Positions 1-11,904 of a stretch of 64,000 nucleotides of DNA are shown here, piece by piece. The stretch is taken from NCBI GenBank assembly GCA_964016885.1, contig OZ024742.1:378820001-378884000 (forward strand), given 5' to 3'. The DNA is from Eledone cirrhosa (Eukaryota). Position 1 is the first letter of the stretch, and every line of letters begins with the position of its first letter. The notes under the pieces were generated by a model. The model searched no databases and was not told the DNA's origin. It worked only from the letters and a program-made list of their open reading frames with translations. Both the position numbers and the translations under genes were made by a program.

Positions 1-268
1 CGAATAAATAAGGAAAATATGTTTATTCAAAAATATAGACCAACATTAAATAAGGTTTAATATACATTATGTCAACACCACAATATGACATACACACACA
101 CACATAACACCTTCTACTTTAGAAAATAAAAACCTGAACTAAATAAACCTTAACATACGTTTGCACTGGCAATACAACAGCAAACACGAAAAAGTAAGGA
201 AAATATGTTCATTCAAAAATATTCCTACTAAAAGAATCACTTTCCTACACACACACATAGACACACAC

Positions 269-311
<43 letters not shown>

Positions 312-561
312 TCTTCATCTTAACATGCTAACCATACTCCCACACACATAACACCCATACACACACATAACAACCCCCACACCTACAACTCCCTCCCCAT
401 TTCTACTAATAGAACCACTTTCCTACACACATATATATATACACACACACAAAATATATATTCTCTCCATCTTAACATACTCGCACACACACACATAACA
501 CCCATATACACACACACACAACTCCCTCCCCAATCTCTACTAATAGAATCATCTTCCAATA

Positions 562-630
<69 letters not shown>

Positions 631-1303
631 GCACACAAATAAACATACATATCTTCAGTCTCAATAGAAAATCTGAACTCTGACACCCCGGCGAGCTGGC
701 CATATTCACTGAACCAGAACATTTCTGCCAATCCCTTTATCTTGACCACTATCTCTCCATTGTCTTAACATTCACTATAAAGACTACAAATAGTTTTCCA
801 AATAAGGGCGCAAAAATGTAATAAAAACTTGTTCACGTGACAGCCAAATTTCATTTATAACCAACCCCAAAAAAGCCTTCGTGAGCCTCCTTTTTTCAAG
901 TAAATAGAAATTCAAACACTCATATATGAAAAAACAACCTCTGACAACCCCCCCCCCTCTCTTATTTGAAGAACTATTGTAACGCGAACTGGCGCGAAAT
1001 TTATTATAATTATTGACAAACCAATCAAATTACTTCTCGAAAAACCTGGAATTTCGAGCCACTTTTTCCATATAAAACAAGTAACATTCAGAGACCAACC
1101 AGATGTGAGAAAAACCACAGACCCTCCATCTCAACTCACCTTTTGAAAAGCAGAAGAACTGCGAAACCGGTAAAGGAACCAAATATATATATTTTTTTTA
1201 AAAATAAGACTTCAGTTGCATTTTGGATTTCATCTCTTTTTCTTTATACTTTCACTCGTGTAGGACACCTCGGTTATTTTTCATTTTGTAAAAAAAACCT
1301 CAC

Positions 1304-1310
<7 letters not shown>
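1..1310 (+). mobile_element. 3' UTR/pLTR end of a Penelope-like element (ORF upstream of the window or lost)
   Basis: A/C-rich low-complexity tract with local duplications, an HHR fold at 1139-1176, and an end at a (TA)n tract. This matches the layout of the other PLE 3' ends in this window. Assignment is inference. Confidence 0.5.
1139..1176 (+). ncRNA. Minimal type I hammerhead ribozyme, U3:A8 core variant
   Basis: CCTT-TTGAAAA-GCAG aagaa CTGC-GAA ACCGGT A-AAGG. Stem I is CCTT/AAGG, stem II is GCAG/CTGC, stem III is the palindrome ACCGGT, and the cleavage triplet is GUA. Confidence 0.7.
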
Positions 1311-1352
<42 letters not shown>

Positions 1353-1363
1353 AACCAGTAAGA

Positions 1364-1455
1364 CCCCGACAGCTGAGCTCAAGCCGTTTCGACGGCTAAT
1401 TCTGGACTAAATGAAAATTTATCCTGGTATTTAAATAGCCGATCTTCTCAAGGGG
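1364..1455 (-). ncRNA. Type I hammerhead ribozyme in the Naiad pLTR (U3:A8 core, large stem II loop)
   Basis: Minus strand reads CCCC-TTGAGAA-GA(T)CGGCTA...TAGCCGTC-GAA ACGGC ttgagctca GCTGT C-GGGG. All three stems form and the site is GUC. The copies at 57235 and 62030 have GCCGT in place of GCTGT, which supports stem III. Confidence 0.8.
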
Positions 1456-2498
1456 TAATTCCAGATATGGTCAAAGTGATTGTCAAAAATCAGTAGTAAT
1501 TCTGTGGTTGCAAATTAGTAGGGGAGATGGTGGCTAAACCTGCCAGTAGGAGAAAGAGGGTAGGGGGTGGAGTAGACCCAATCAAGCGTTGGTAGTGCCA
1601 GCTACAGCTGGGCATGAGGTCAAAGAAGATACAGGGGAGGGGGAGGGGGAGGAAGTCGGAACGGTAGGTAGAACAATGGGGGGTAGAAATATATAGGAAA
1701 GAAAAAAAATACTGAGAGTGAAGAAAAGCAAATAAGTGTAAAGAAAAAAGTAAAGTAAATTAAATTCTACGACCTAGGTCTCAGGCTATTGTTAGGCTAG
1801 AATAAAATAAAGAAAGAAAGAAAGAAAGAAGTAAAGAAAGAAATAAATAAAGAAATAACGAAATAAGTAAAAGAACTAGGTGGGACGAAATAGGCAAGGA
1901 CCCTTTTAAGAGGTATAAGTACGTAAATGATACGGTGACGGGTCAACAAAAGAGGCCAAAATACTAAAGAGACAATAATGTACGAGATAATGATACTGAG
2001 TCCCGAGAGAAATATATACTAATGCTAACTCTAAAAGATCTAAAACAAGCTACATGAAAGTTCGTACGAAATAAAGGTAGAATACGGAGAAATAAATTCA
2101 GAATCCACCCCGCCCAGAAGAAAAGCGAAGCAAGAAATACTGAAACGAAAAAATAAGGCATAAGTGCCACTAAGAAATATAGAGGGCACAGAGAATAGTG
2201 GGAGCGGTCGGGAAAAGGGGACAAGTATCCGGGGTCTAAGCCAACTGCTATAAAGGGCGGAGTCCGCCAAATCTATCATAGACTAGGGGAGGGGGTGGTG
2301 GGGGTACTAAGGCTACATGGGGCCAAAGGGCAGCCTCGGGTGGGCGAGAAAAGACGCCGACAAAGGAGAAGAGCTTGGGTAGAAGGACTAAGGAGAGAGG
2401 GGGGAGGAAATAAAGGAAGCTATAAAAGAATACAAAGAAGATCTTACGTCTTCCTTGGCAAGTAGGGGTTACCCATTGCAAAATCGGCAAGTGGGGTG

Positions 2499-4544
2499 TT
2501 ATAGCCCTAGTCTACCCCCCCCCCCCCCCGGGTCATTATGGGGTTTGAGGGCGAGGTAAGTCCTACGCAATCTATGTTTACATGCAGTAACCAGTTCATC
2601 TTTCTTGTTTAGGAGTTGGTCCGTCGAAAACAGCATTTGTAAAGTTTCCTCCGAGCATAAATTTCACGGACGGCGTCCTCCCGTGTAAGAATTGGCTCTG
2701 GACAGTAATCTCCAAGTGAGATCATAGGTGATGTTGTTGTCCTTGAGGTCCCATATGTGGCCCGAAAGTGTAGTGGCGTGACGCCGGGCCGGGTTTTGGA
2801 AGGTATGTCTATGTTGGTATAGCCGGGTCTTGAAGTCACATGCGGTAAGTCCTATATAGGCTTTGTTGGAGGTATCCGTCCTCACGTTGCACTGGTAGAT
2901 CACATTACGGTCTCTGCATCTATTGTCGAGTGGGCAAATAGATCTACCGGGCAGTTACACCTCCTGGTCGGTTCTCCACTGCTATTTAGGTTATTTCTGC
3001 CATCGGGGTTGAGTTTTTGTTGTTAGAGGAGACGATGTTTTGTGCGAAGTTTGGTGTAGTGCTGTAAGAGAGTTTGATGGTATTTTTGTTAATTATGTTG
3101 TGGTAGCGGTGTTGTAATGGGAAGTGTTTTTCAATGAGCCTAAAGAATAGTTTCCCGATGGGAGGTGTCACCTCTGCGTTGTGGGGAGGATTGAACCATG
3201 TTACATTGCGTGAGCGGCGGTGTCTCCTGCTGGTTCCGCTAATGGGAGCTGGGCAGTAGGATATTTCCTCCCGGAAACCACTCCGCTTGAGGGCCTGGTT
3301 GTAATAAGGCGCATGTTCATCGAATATCCGCTCATTAGCTGACAAACAGGATATGCGGAGGGAGATGTTTTTGACCAGGTTGTTTGTGATGTTCCTACGA
3401 TGGTTTGATCGGCGGTGGATGTAGTGCAGATTGTCATTAGGTTTCCTGTATGGGTAGTACAGGTCGTTTCCGAGGTCGAGGGTCACGTCCAGGAAGTTTA
3501 CTCGGGTCAGGGACGTTTGTAGGGTTATTTTAAATCCCCAGTCGCGGAAGAATCTGATTAATTGTTTCCGGACCCGATCTGTACTACTGGGGTTGTACCC
3601 TTTAAGGGTAAGGAGCCCATCATCACGGTACAACCCACCACCGAATGCAGGAAACACATCAGTGAGTTTAGCTATTAGGAATAATCCTATAAGATCTGTG
3701 ACGTCCGCCGAATCCGTGGCGCCCATGCTGACGTCGAAGGGTGAGTCGGGAGCTCTTTTTATCCATTTAGAGTCGTCAAAGAGTAAGACTGTCTTTCTGG
3801 CGTGGAGGATGATTTTTCTTTCCTGGTCGGTGATGGGCACAAGTGTTTCGGCGAAGTCCAAGGCGGCAGTAAGTAGCGGTAAGGTGATTGAAGCATAGTA
3901 GCTCTCTATGTCGAACTGTATGAATTTAGTTTCTCGTTTATCCTCCATATTGCTGAACCAGATTACTTCCTGGGTGTTGATCCATAGGCTAAGTCGGGTG
4001 TGTTGCTTGACTTTTGGTATCACGCGGTCTAGGATTTTTTTGCTGATTCTCCCTATGTCGGACTTCGTTGGGTTAATAAGCCTGATAGAGGGTTTACGGT
4101 CAAAATCGGATTTATGGTCCTTCAGTGTGAAGTATGGTGTCCGTGGGTCTAGAGGTTCCGTGCTGTCGGCGACCCCGAGGCTGGAGGTGATTTGTTGTCC
4201 ATCTCGATTTATGTCCTCGATGCAAGAGTGGTTGGCCTTTTTATAGGTGGAGTTTAGGCTGCTCCTGATCAGTGTGTGGTATCTGTCAGGGTTGACAAAG
4301 TATAGGTTCCCAGTTTTATCCGAATGCACCATGATGTCATTTGTGTTATCATACTCTGTTAAGTTGCTACGGAGTTTTTGTAGGAATCGGTTGTGTCTGG
4401 GTTTAAATTTAATGTTCTTGACCAGTTGGAAGAGGTCATTCTCGAAGGGTGCGAGCAAGGGGTTCAGGGGCGGAGATTTGTAGGTAATAAATCCGAATCT
4501 CTCCTTGGTGCCGAAGTCTTGGTTGTCGCAATATCTGTCATAGA
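2499..4544 (-). pseudogene. Naiad PLE polyprotein (RT, Cys linker, GIY-YIG endonuclease), disrupted
   Basis: Motifs HSDKTGN, TLKDHK, RLINPTKSDIG, QFDIESYYASI, GGLYRDDGL, NFLDVTLDL and WFNPP, then CNC..CPLDNRC, VIY..YIG..FKTR and LLNKKDELVTACKH. There are two frameshifts near 2950-3020 and an in-frame TGA at 2664-2666. Confidence 0.9.
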
Positions 4545-4730
4545 AAATACCAGGATAAATTTTCATTTAGTCCAGAATTAGCCGTCGAAACGGCTTGAGC
4601 TCAGCTGTCGGGGTCTTACTGGTTCCTATTACCCACTCTACTACCTCAAGTATTGAGTACTTTGGTGCGTTATGGTCCACCTGGTTCCTTACCACATTTC
4701 CTTCGTTATATATATATATATATATATATA

Positions 4731-7199
4731 TTTCTCTCCTTATTCTGCTCCTTCCACCCCTCCCTCCACTTCACCACCTCTATCTCCACCACCCACGTCC
4801 ACTTCTTAGACATCTCCGTCACCATCGACCCCTCCCACCACTCCCTCGTCACCTCCGCCTTCTTCAAACCCACCGACTCCCACTCTTACCTCGACTTCAC
4901 CTCTTCCCACCCCACCCACACTAAACTCTCCATTCCCTACTCCCAACTTCTCAGGAACCGCAGCCTCTGTAGCCGTGATGCTGACTTCGAGTCCCAGGCC
5001 CTTTCCCTAGTCAGCCATTTCATCCGCAGAGGTTACCCCCCCCGCTCTCGTTTACACCGCTCTCACCCGCGCCCGTGCTATCCCCCGCTCCACCACCCTC
5101 ACCCCACGCCACCGCACACTCACCCACCGTCTCCCCTTCCCCATCACCTACCACCCCTCCACCTTACCCCTCCACCGCACCATCTGCCGCCTCTTCCGAC
5201 GCCTCCAGTCCGACCCCCCACCTCCCACATCTTCCCAACCCCACCACTCCCCTCCTTCAAACGCGCACGCAATCTCCGCACCCTCCTCGTCCACAGCTCC
5301 CTACCCCCCAACCCACGCTCTGCCCCCCCGGTTCCTTCCCCTGTTCTAGGCCCCGCTGCAACACCTGTCCCCACATCACCAACACCACCACCTTCCAGGG
5401 TCCCAACGGCCACTCTCTCTCGGTCCGGCATGCCTTCCGCTGCACCTCCTCCAACCTAGTCCACGGACTTCGTTGCACGGAGTGCAGCGCGACTTATGTC
5501 GGACAGACGGGACGTCGCCTGGCGGACCGAGTCACGGAGCACCTCCGGGATATTCGTCTCGGGGGCAGTTCCCCCATCGCCCGCCACTTTGGTGGCCCTG
5601 GACACTCCGCACGCCATCTCACAGTCTGTGGCCTACTCCAGTGCCACGGAACACCCGCCCATCGCCTTACGGTCGAACAACGAACTATCTTCATCTTACA
5701 GACCCACACTCCCCCCGGCCTGAACTCCCCACCCTTATTCCTTTAGCGTTCGACCGCCCCCCCTCCCCCCACACTTATCCCCCACTAACACCACTAACAC
5801 ACCCCTCCTTTTCACCGCCCACCCCACACTAACAATACTAACACCTCGACTCCACCCCTCATCTGACCACCCTTCCCCAACTAACATACTAACATCCCTT
5901 CCCTCCCCTCTTCTCCTCCTCCCCCTCCTTATCACACGCACACACGCACCCACTTACACCACCCACCCCACACGCAACTAACATCACTAACACCCCCCAA
6001 CCCCACGCACACATACCCACACACCCTCGTACACCACCAACTCTACACACCCTACCACCACTAACCCCCACTCACACCTGCATTCCACCCCTCCCCACCT
6101 TCCGTATACTAACACCCACTAACACCTCTTCACACCAGTACACCACCCTCCCTCCATAGAACCACACACACCCTTCTCTCCCCGCTCCACCCACACCCCC
6201 GCTCCACACTCACTCATCCCACTAACACCCCTACTAATACACATACACACACACACACACACCCTCCTCACTCCAACTCTCACACCTACCCATCCTCGCC
6301 TCCCTACCATTCCACCGACTGCTGCTATGCCCTTCCGACCACCTCCCAGCACCAACTGACCACAGCACTCCCACTGCTGACCACTTCCTGTTGCTCGCGC
6401 ACCCCACATCTCTCCTCTTCCGACCACCGCTTCATGGATTACCCACACGCGAAATTGACTTATAACCAAATCTCCAAACATCCGTGGAACTTACCAACTT
6501 TTCAACCATCCTCTTACGTCATCACCTATATAACTCACCCACACACCCAAACAATTTTTTTTCTCCACACGCCACCCACACCCACAACACGCTTAAACCC
6601 CACACACGTGCTTCCCACCACATATTTACACCCTCAGCCTCCCGATTCCTCGGCCCCCACCCCCTATCCACACACGCACAGACACTCCGACCCACAAAAA
6701 CACCCCCCACACACACCTCTTCCTGAACATGCAACCCCGTTCTTCCCCCAACCCTCACTTTCACATACACACACACACACACCACCTTCAGCCCTCCCCG
6801 CTCGGACACCCCGTCTCCATCTCCCCACTCCACCCGCCACCACCCCTACTCACCCCACACCCTTCCACCACCTGTTTACCCCCCTTTTAATTTCAGTTTA
6901 TTTTGATCATGCCTTTATTTTTAAATTTTCTCATTCCTTGTATTTTGATCATGCTTTATTTTTATATTTTATATTTTTTGTCTTTATTTGTTAATTTTTC
7001 ATATTCACCGTTTCCTTTCATTATATGTCTCTCCACCACTCCCCTACACACCTTTTGAACTCTGTTCCCACACACTTCTCACCTGAGGAAGGGCTTATGC
7101 CCGAAACGTCGTCCCCCACCTACCCCCCACTCTCCTGAGCGTGAATTTAATAAACATTTATTGTACTGTCTCTCTGTTCTGTCCCTGTTCAAATTTTTC

Positions 7200-7200
<1 letters not shown>
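4731..7200 (+). mobile_element. Neptune-like Penelope element, 5'-truncated (RT thumb, Cys linker, GIY-YIG, C-rich 3' UTR, pLTR)
   Basis: HFLDISV..FKPTDSHSYLDFTSSHP..SIPYSQ (4735-5030). After frameshifts: CSRPRCNTC, CTSSNLV..CTEC..YVGQTGRRLADRVTEH, and PPGLN ending at 5746. HHR at ~7081, AATAAA at ~7149, (TA)n flanks. Confidence 0.85.
7081..7112 (+). ncRNA. Minimal hammerhead motif in the pLTR
   Basis: CTGAGGA-A-GGGC ttat GCCC-GAAACGTC, with palindromic ACGT stem III. Stem I has only about 2 bp. Confidence 0.6.
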
Positions 7201-7279
<79 letters not shown>

Positions 7280-8329
7280 CAGTGGAACCTTGGCTCACGA
7301 TCGATGACGTCTCGAGTAACGAACACACAAGTCGGCAACAACGGTTGGCAACAATCTGAGAGTATCGACAGGAAAGCGTCACTTGGTGGTATCTATCTGT
7401 CTTTCACATTCAGACTTTCTCTCTCTCTCTCTCTCTCTCAACATTTCGTATGGGGAAGAAATAATTTCGGGTGACGAGCGACCTCCTTCAGAAAGGCATT
7501 AAGTTCGTAAACCGAATTATCAATATAGCGCTGTATTAACTACATGAGATAGTCATAGAATGAATTGCTAACAAGATTATTCACAATAGAAATAATATTC
7601 AAATCAACAAGTAAACTTATTGTTTCTTAACTAACTGTACTCTTCAATATACTACATATATAACCTGAAGCTATGGCGAGATGATATAAATTTGACGAAA
7701 TATATTATCTTTTTTCAGTCGCCATGAGTTTTAAAAACGCCGTTAAATTTATGAATCAAGATACGAGGTTGGAGAAAACAGCTATAAGCCACGATAAGGA
7801 AACATATTTTTTAAGAAGCACTCTCAATAACAAAATAATAAGTATCTTTATTTAATATCATATATTTTATAATGAAATGGGATATCACAATTTTCCATGA
7901 ATACTTTTAAAGCCGTTATAAGAAAACCTACTATTGATTATTTTTTACGTAATTATATTACTTGCCGATATCAACCTCAATAATATGTCACGTGTGTTTA
8001 TATTCCCACACAATGTATTTCCTATCTCCGCCATGTTGCTACAATAAAAAGTTCGTTTTACCAATCACAAAGTCCCGGGTTCTAACCGTACGTTTGTCAA
8101 TGTAAATAGTTATTTCTCCAATATACGCAGATACACACAATATATTTCCAATATCAGTGATGTTGCTACAACAAAGGTCCAGGGTTCTAAACCAACATGT
8201 GTCTCTGTAAATAGGTATTTCTCCAAAGTTACTCATATATTTAATCCGGTATGTCAATTGTACATACACGCTCAACATTTATGTTATTACACCTTAGGAA
8301 TATACTATTAAATTATCATTTTTATCATA

Positions 8330-8500
8330 GTTCTCAGGGAGATTCAGCGAGACACAGTGTGACAAGGCTGACTCTTTGAGATGCAGGTACAAGTATTTTC
8401 GCTAGCTGAGTGGACTGGAAGAATGTGAAATAAAGTGTTTTGCTCAAGAACACAACGTATCGTTGGGAATTACGAAGATGGGCCGAACACCCTCACCACT
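8330..8500 (-). mobile_element. Degenerate SINE fragment
   Basis: AAGTGTTTTGCTCAAGAACACAAC core-like segment. TGTGACAAGGCTGAC is the reverse complement of a segment in the adjacent SINE at ~8763. Confidence 0.45.
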
Positions 8501-8595
8501 GAGGTTTCTGGGTAATATGAAGAATGACATGGTTTGGTGGTGGATTTACCAGTCAAGTTAATGTTACTATCTCGGATACGATTTGTTTAGATTAT

Positions 8596-8925
8596 GGACA
8601 CAACATGGCCGAATAGTTAAGAAGTTTGCTTCACAATCATTAGGTCCTGGGTTCGATCTTACTGCGTGATATCTCAAGTAAGGGTCATTCGAGTTGACCT
8701 CTGTCTTGTGAGTGGAAACTGTTTGTGAGCCTATCAGATGAACTGTACCTTTAATACAAAGGGTCAGCCTTGTCACACACTATGTCTCCCCGAATCACCC
8801 TGGGAATTACATCAAAGATACACGTGCCTGTGGAATTCTCACCCACTTACATGTTAATTTCATGAGTAGGCTGTTCAGTTGGTTGAACTGGGGCGCTCAT
8901 CGTCGAAACCGACAGAGATCCATTC
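8596..8925 (+). mobile_element. tRNA-derived SINE
   Basis: Pol III A-box-like TGGCCGAATAGTT and B-box GGTTCGATC, followed by a ~250-bp body. Confidence 0.55.
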
Positions 8926-9657
8926 AATTCCATGTTCGGATCAACAGATTAACCTATTCTGACTGAGATCAAGGTATTTGGTTCTTTCTCGTATGCTTGC
9001 TAATGCTGTTTAGTTTTATATTTTATTAAAATATTTAACAGTAATTTCCACCAGCTTACTGCATAATTTCATTTTATTTGTTGAGTTAAATAATAATTTA
9101 CATAGACAAGATGGACAAATCAGTATTTAAAACAATAAAATGCAGATAAAGTATCTGAAAATAATGTTCAACCTTTTTTTTTCTTTTTGAAAAGACTTTT
9201 AATATGAGATCTCTTCTCAGAGGGAGATCATAATTAAAATCATACTTAACTTAAAATTAACTAATTAGCATAAATTTAAATGTAAATGTATAAAATCTGA
9301 ATACACAATTTTTAAAAATCCCGTATTTTGACAGATATGCTAAACTGTCCTTGTCGCCATTCCTTTCATTTAAAACAACCGATCATTAAAAGATTATAAA
9401 TCCAGAATTGTGTTCAGTTTGTTTGTTAGATCAATTGCTTGAGTATCTGTTCGGGTAATTCTGTTACTTTAAAATGTATATTTGTATGGATCCTTCATAT
9501 ATAGATATATGTATAGATCTATTCATATGTATATATATGTAGGAATCCTTTCATATGTATATGAATGAATTCTTTCATATGTATAGATCTATTCATATAT
9601 AGATATATGTAGGAATCCTTTCATATATATATAGACACATGTATGAATCCATATAAA

Positions 9658-9835
9658 TACAGGGTGTCCCCAAAAAATGTATACACACGTTGATTACCTG
9701 TACAGGTAATATTTATTTTTAAAAACAGCCTTTCCCTAAAATAAAATGATCTACAGACATAATTCAATTGTATGTAAACACCCAAAAATGTTTACATAAT
9801 TGAAATAATGCAAATAAAACAAAGTTTATTCTAAT
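9658..9835. mobile_element. Possible Tc1/mariner-derived terminal fragment
   Basis: Begins TA-CAGGGTGTCCCCAAAAAA, resembling a mariner-type TIR start. No partner TIR found. Confidence 0.3.
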
Positions 9836-10264
9836 GCATTTTGTCCGCCGGGGCTGTGGGGAGGCCAGCACGTGGGACCCCATTTGCTCACCATACGGAT
9901 TAATAGGCAAAGTTATAAACTATTGTTTCTACCGGTTGGAAGTCGGTGTTACAGTTCTGTGGTTTTCAGTTTTCACGAGATGTATTAGTGATGTGATAGA
10001 GAGGAGGTAATTCTGGTTTGCAATACTGAGTTGAAGTTTTCCTATGACTAACGAAGGAATTGGCAAAGTGGTATTTCGATAATAACTGATTCGATATCTG
10101 ATATTCGATATATGAAACCAAGATTACATATTAGTATCCTGGTATATCGAGTGAGTGAAAGAGCGATGAGAAGAGGAAATACGTGACGTGAGAACTAGTA
10201 TCCTCCACCTCCAACTAACTTACCCTCCACCTCTTACTCTCGACCACCAACAGGATGGAGAATA

Positions 10265-10372
10265 CATTACCCCAGAGGACGGTAAGGGAAACGTGCTGGA
10301 ACAGCCACTCCACCTCACGGGGCTTGCACCTGCGGGGGGGGGGGCAACTCAGCTCCGATAGCAGTGAGTAGG
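10265..10372 (+). repeat. Dispersed repeat fragment (family also at 9842-9895, 11275-11400 and 42730-42908 in the opposite orientation)
   Basis: Clear mutual similarity around CAGAGGA(T/C)GGT(A/G)AGGGA..CG.TGGAA.AGCCA. Confidence 0.65.
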
Positions 10373-11499
10373 ATTGTGGCCCGGGGAGCGAAGAACGCTG
10401 GAAGTCTCCACTGCTACAGACTCTACCACAAACCTAGCAGAATGCGGCTTATAACATAAATATAATTAATAGACTGGTGTTAAAACTCCAAATATTTTAA
10501 TTAATCTATGGGATAACTCCTTCAAGACTGTTATTGTAGATATAGTATTTTCTGGAAGTATGTTACCATCATTTCCACCTGAACAACTATAGTCGTACTT
10601 GTAGAAACAGTAATCCACAAATTCAACAATAATTACAAAACAGGTACACACGACGGGTATCTCGGGTCCCAAATAACAGGGAATAACTTGGAATAAGGCT
10701 TGGAATAAGTGGGGCGGGTGGTTGTAAAATCGATCATTTTTCTCGGTTATCTCAGTTTATTTTTAAAAAAACAGAATTAGTCGTTTAGTTTACATATTCA
10801 GACCCCAACCCATCCTATTTATTTTATAACGTATGGGATTTCTAGTAATGTACTTTTGCGACATGTATAATGGTTTTTGATGTATAAAGAAAATCAATTG
10901 TCGCAGGAATAAAACTTCACCGAAGATAGATTAGCAAAATTTAATAACTTGGAATAAGAAAGGAAGCTGAAGAATTTATAAGCCGTGGGGGGGGGGGGTA
11001 TTCGAGGCCCGAGAGTCGGATGACAACATGCTTTTGAATACCTTATAAAACCATTTGTGTAACAAACTAAAATTCTGTCGAAATACATTATATATATTTA
11101 GAGCCATTATATTGGCTCAACCCGCGACAGTCTTAAATAAACATATATATAATGAGAAATAAAAGACAAAATAGTAAGATGAGGAGTGAGAAGAAGCAGG
11201 AACAAAATATATTTTTTTAGAAAAAATACGTGTGAATTCAGTCAGCCATTTAGGAGAACAAAATATATTTAAAAAGGAAATGGCTCTTCCAGCGCATCTC
11301 CCTTACCATCCTCTGGGGAAACGACTTCTCCGCTCTGTTCGCCAGGACCGTGGGGTAGCCAGCGCGTGGGACACCATTTGCTCATAATAGTGAGAGATGG
11401 AGAGAGCGAGAGAGATGGAGTCAATGACAGTGGGAGTTCGGCTACTCTGTGTTCGGACCTGGCGTCCAAAAATTGTAAATAAGCTTTACAAATAGGAAA

Positions 11500-11682
11500 C
11501 AGTTAACGGATTATCCATTACATCAATTCCAGTATTTGACTGAAACTTTATGTTGACCACCTCTGGCGAATGAAGAGCAAACTTGACCTCGGTGGGATTT
11601 GAAATCAGAACCTAATAAGTCGTAACTAAATACCACAAAGTATATTCCCTGACGCTCCACCAATTCTCCCAATCCACAGCTC
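11500..11682 (-). mobile_element. Degenerate Nin/Deu-type SINE
   Basis: The reverse complement resembles the SINE head and core (GGATTGG..TTCAAATCCCACCGAGGTCAAG). Confidence 0.55.
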
Positions 11683-11703
11683 TCTTAGGTATATGTCTAA
11701 CAA

Positions 11704-11888
11704 GATTGGCAGTATCGGTAGAGAGTCAGACACCATACTTTGCGGCATAGAGTTACGGCCCTTTATGATCTGAGTTCAAATCCTGCCGAGGTTAACTTTG
11801 CCTTTTATCCTTACAGGGTCGATAAAATAAAGTACCAGTAATAAACTGGGATAATTGCTGACCTTGTGCCAAAAGTAGATACAATTAT
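11704..11888 (+). mobile_element. tRNA-derived SINE with Nin/Deu-type central domain
   Basis: GATTGGCAGTATCGGTAGAG head, GAGTTCAAATCC B-box, core TTTGCCTTT.ATCCTTAC.GGGTCGATAAAATAAAGTACCAGT, and ACAATTATT tail. Confidence 0.85.
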
Positions 11889-11904
11889 TTATATATATAT
11901 GCAT

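Larger units (their letters stand above)
1349..4706 (-). mobile_element. Naiad-type Penelope-like retroelement, 5'-truncated with an inverted pLTR, inserted in (TA)n
   Basis: RT and GIY-YIG ORF on the minus strand; 84-bp inverted repeat at 1349-1432/4545-4628 plus a tail at 4629-4706; HHR in the pLTR; (TA)n on both flanks. Confidence 0.9.

Noticed and set aside
2220-2540. SECIS candidates at ATGA sites downstream of the Naiad ORF (minus strand)
   Set aside because: I could not form the GA/GA quartet, helix II and apical AA loop by eye. This needs SECISearch3.
4545-4566. ATG at 4566 as the native Naiad start codon
   Set aside because: It lies in the inverted pLTR copy, so the real N-terminus is truncated.
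7465-7495. HHR-like CTGAAGGA...GAAA on the minus strand
   Set aside because: No credible stem I or stem III.
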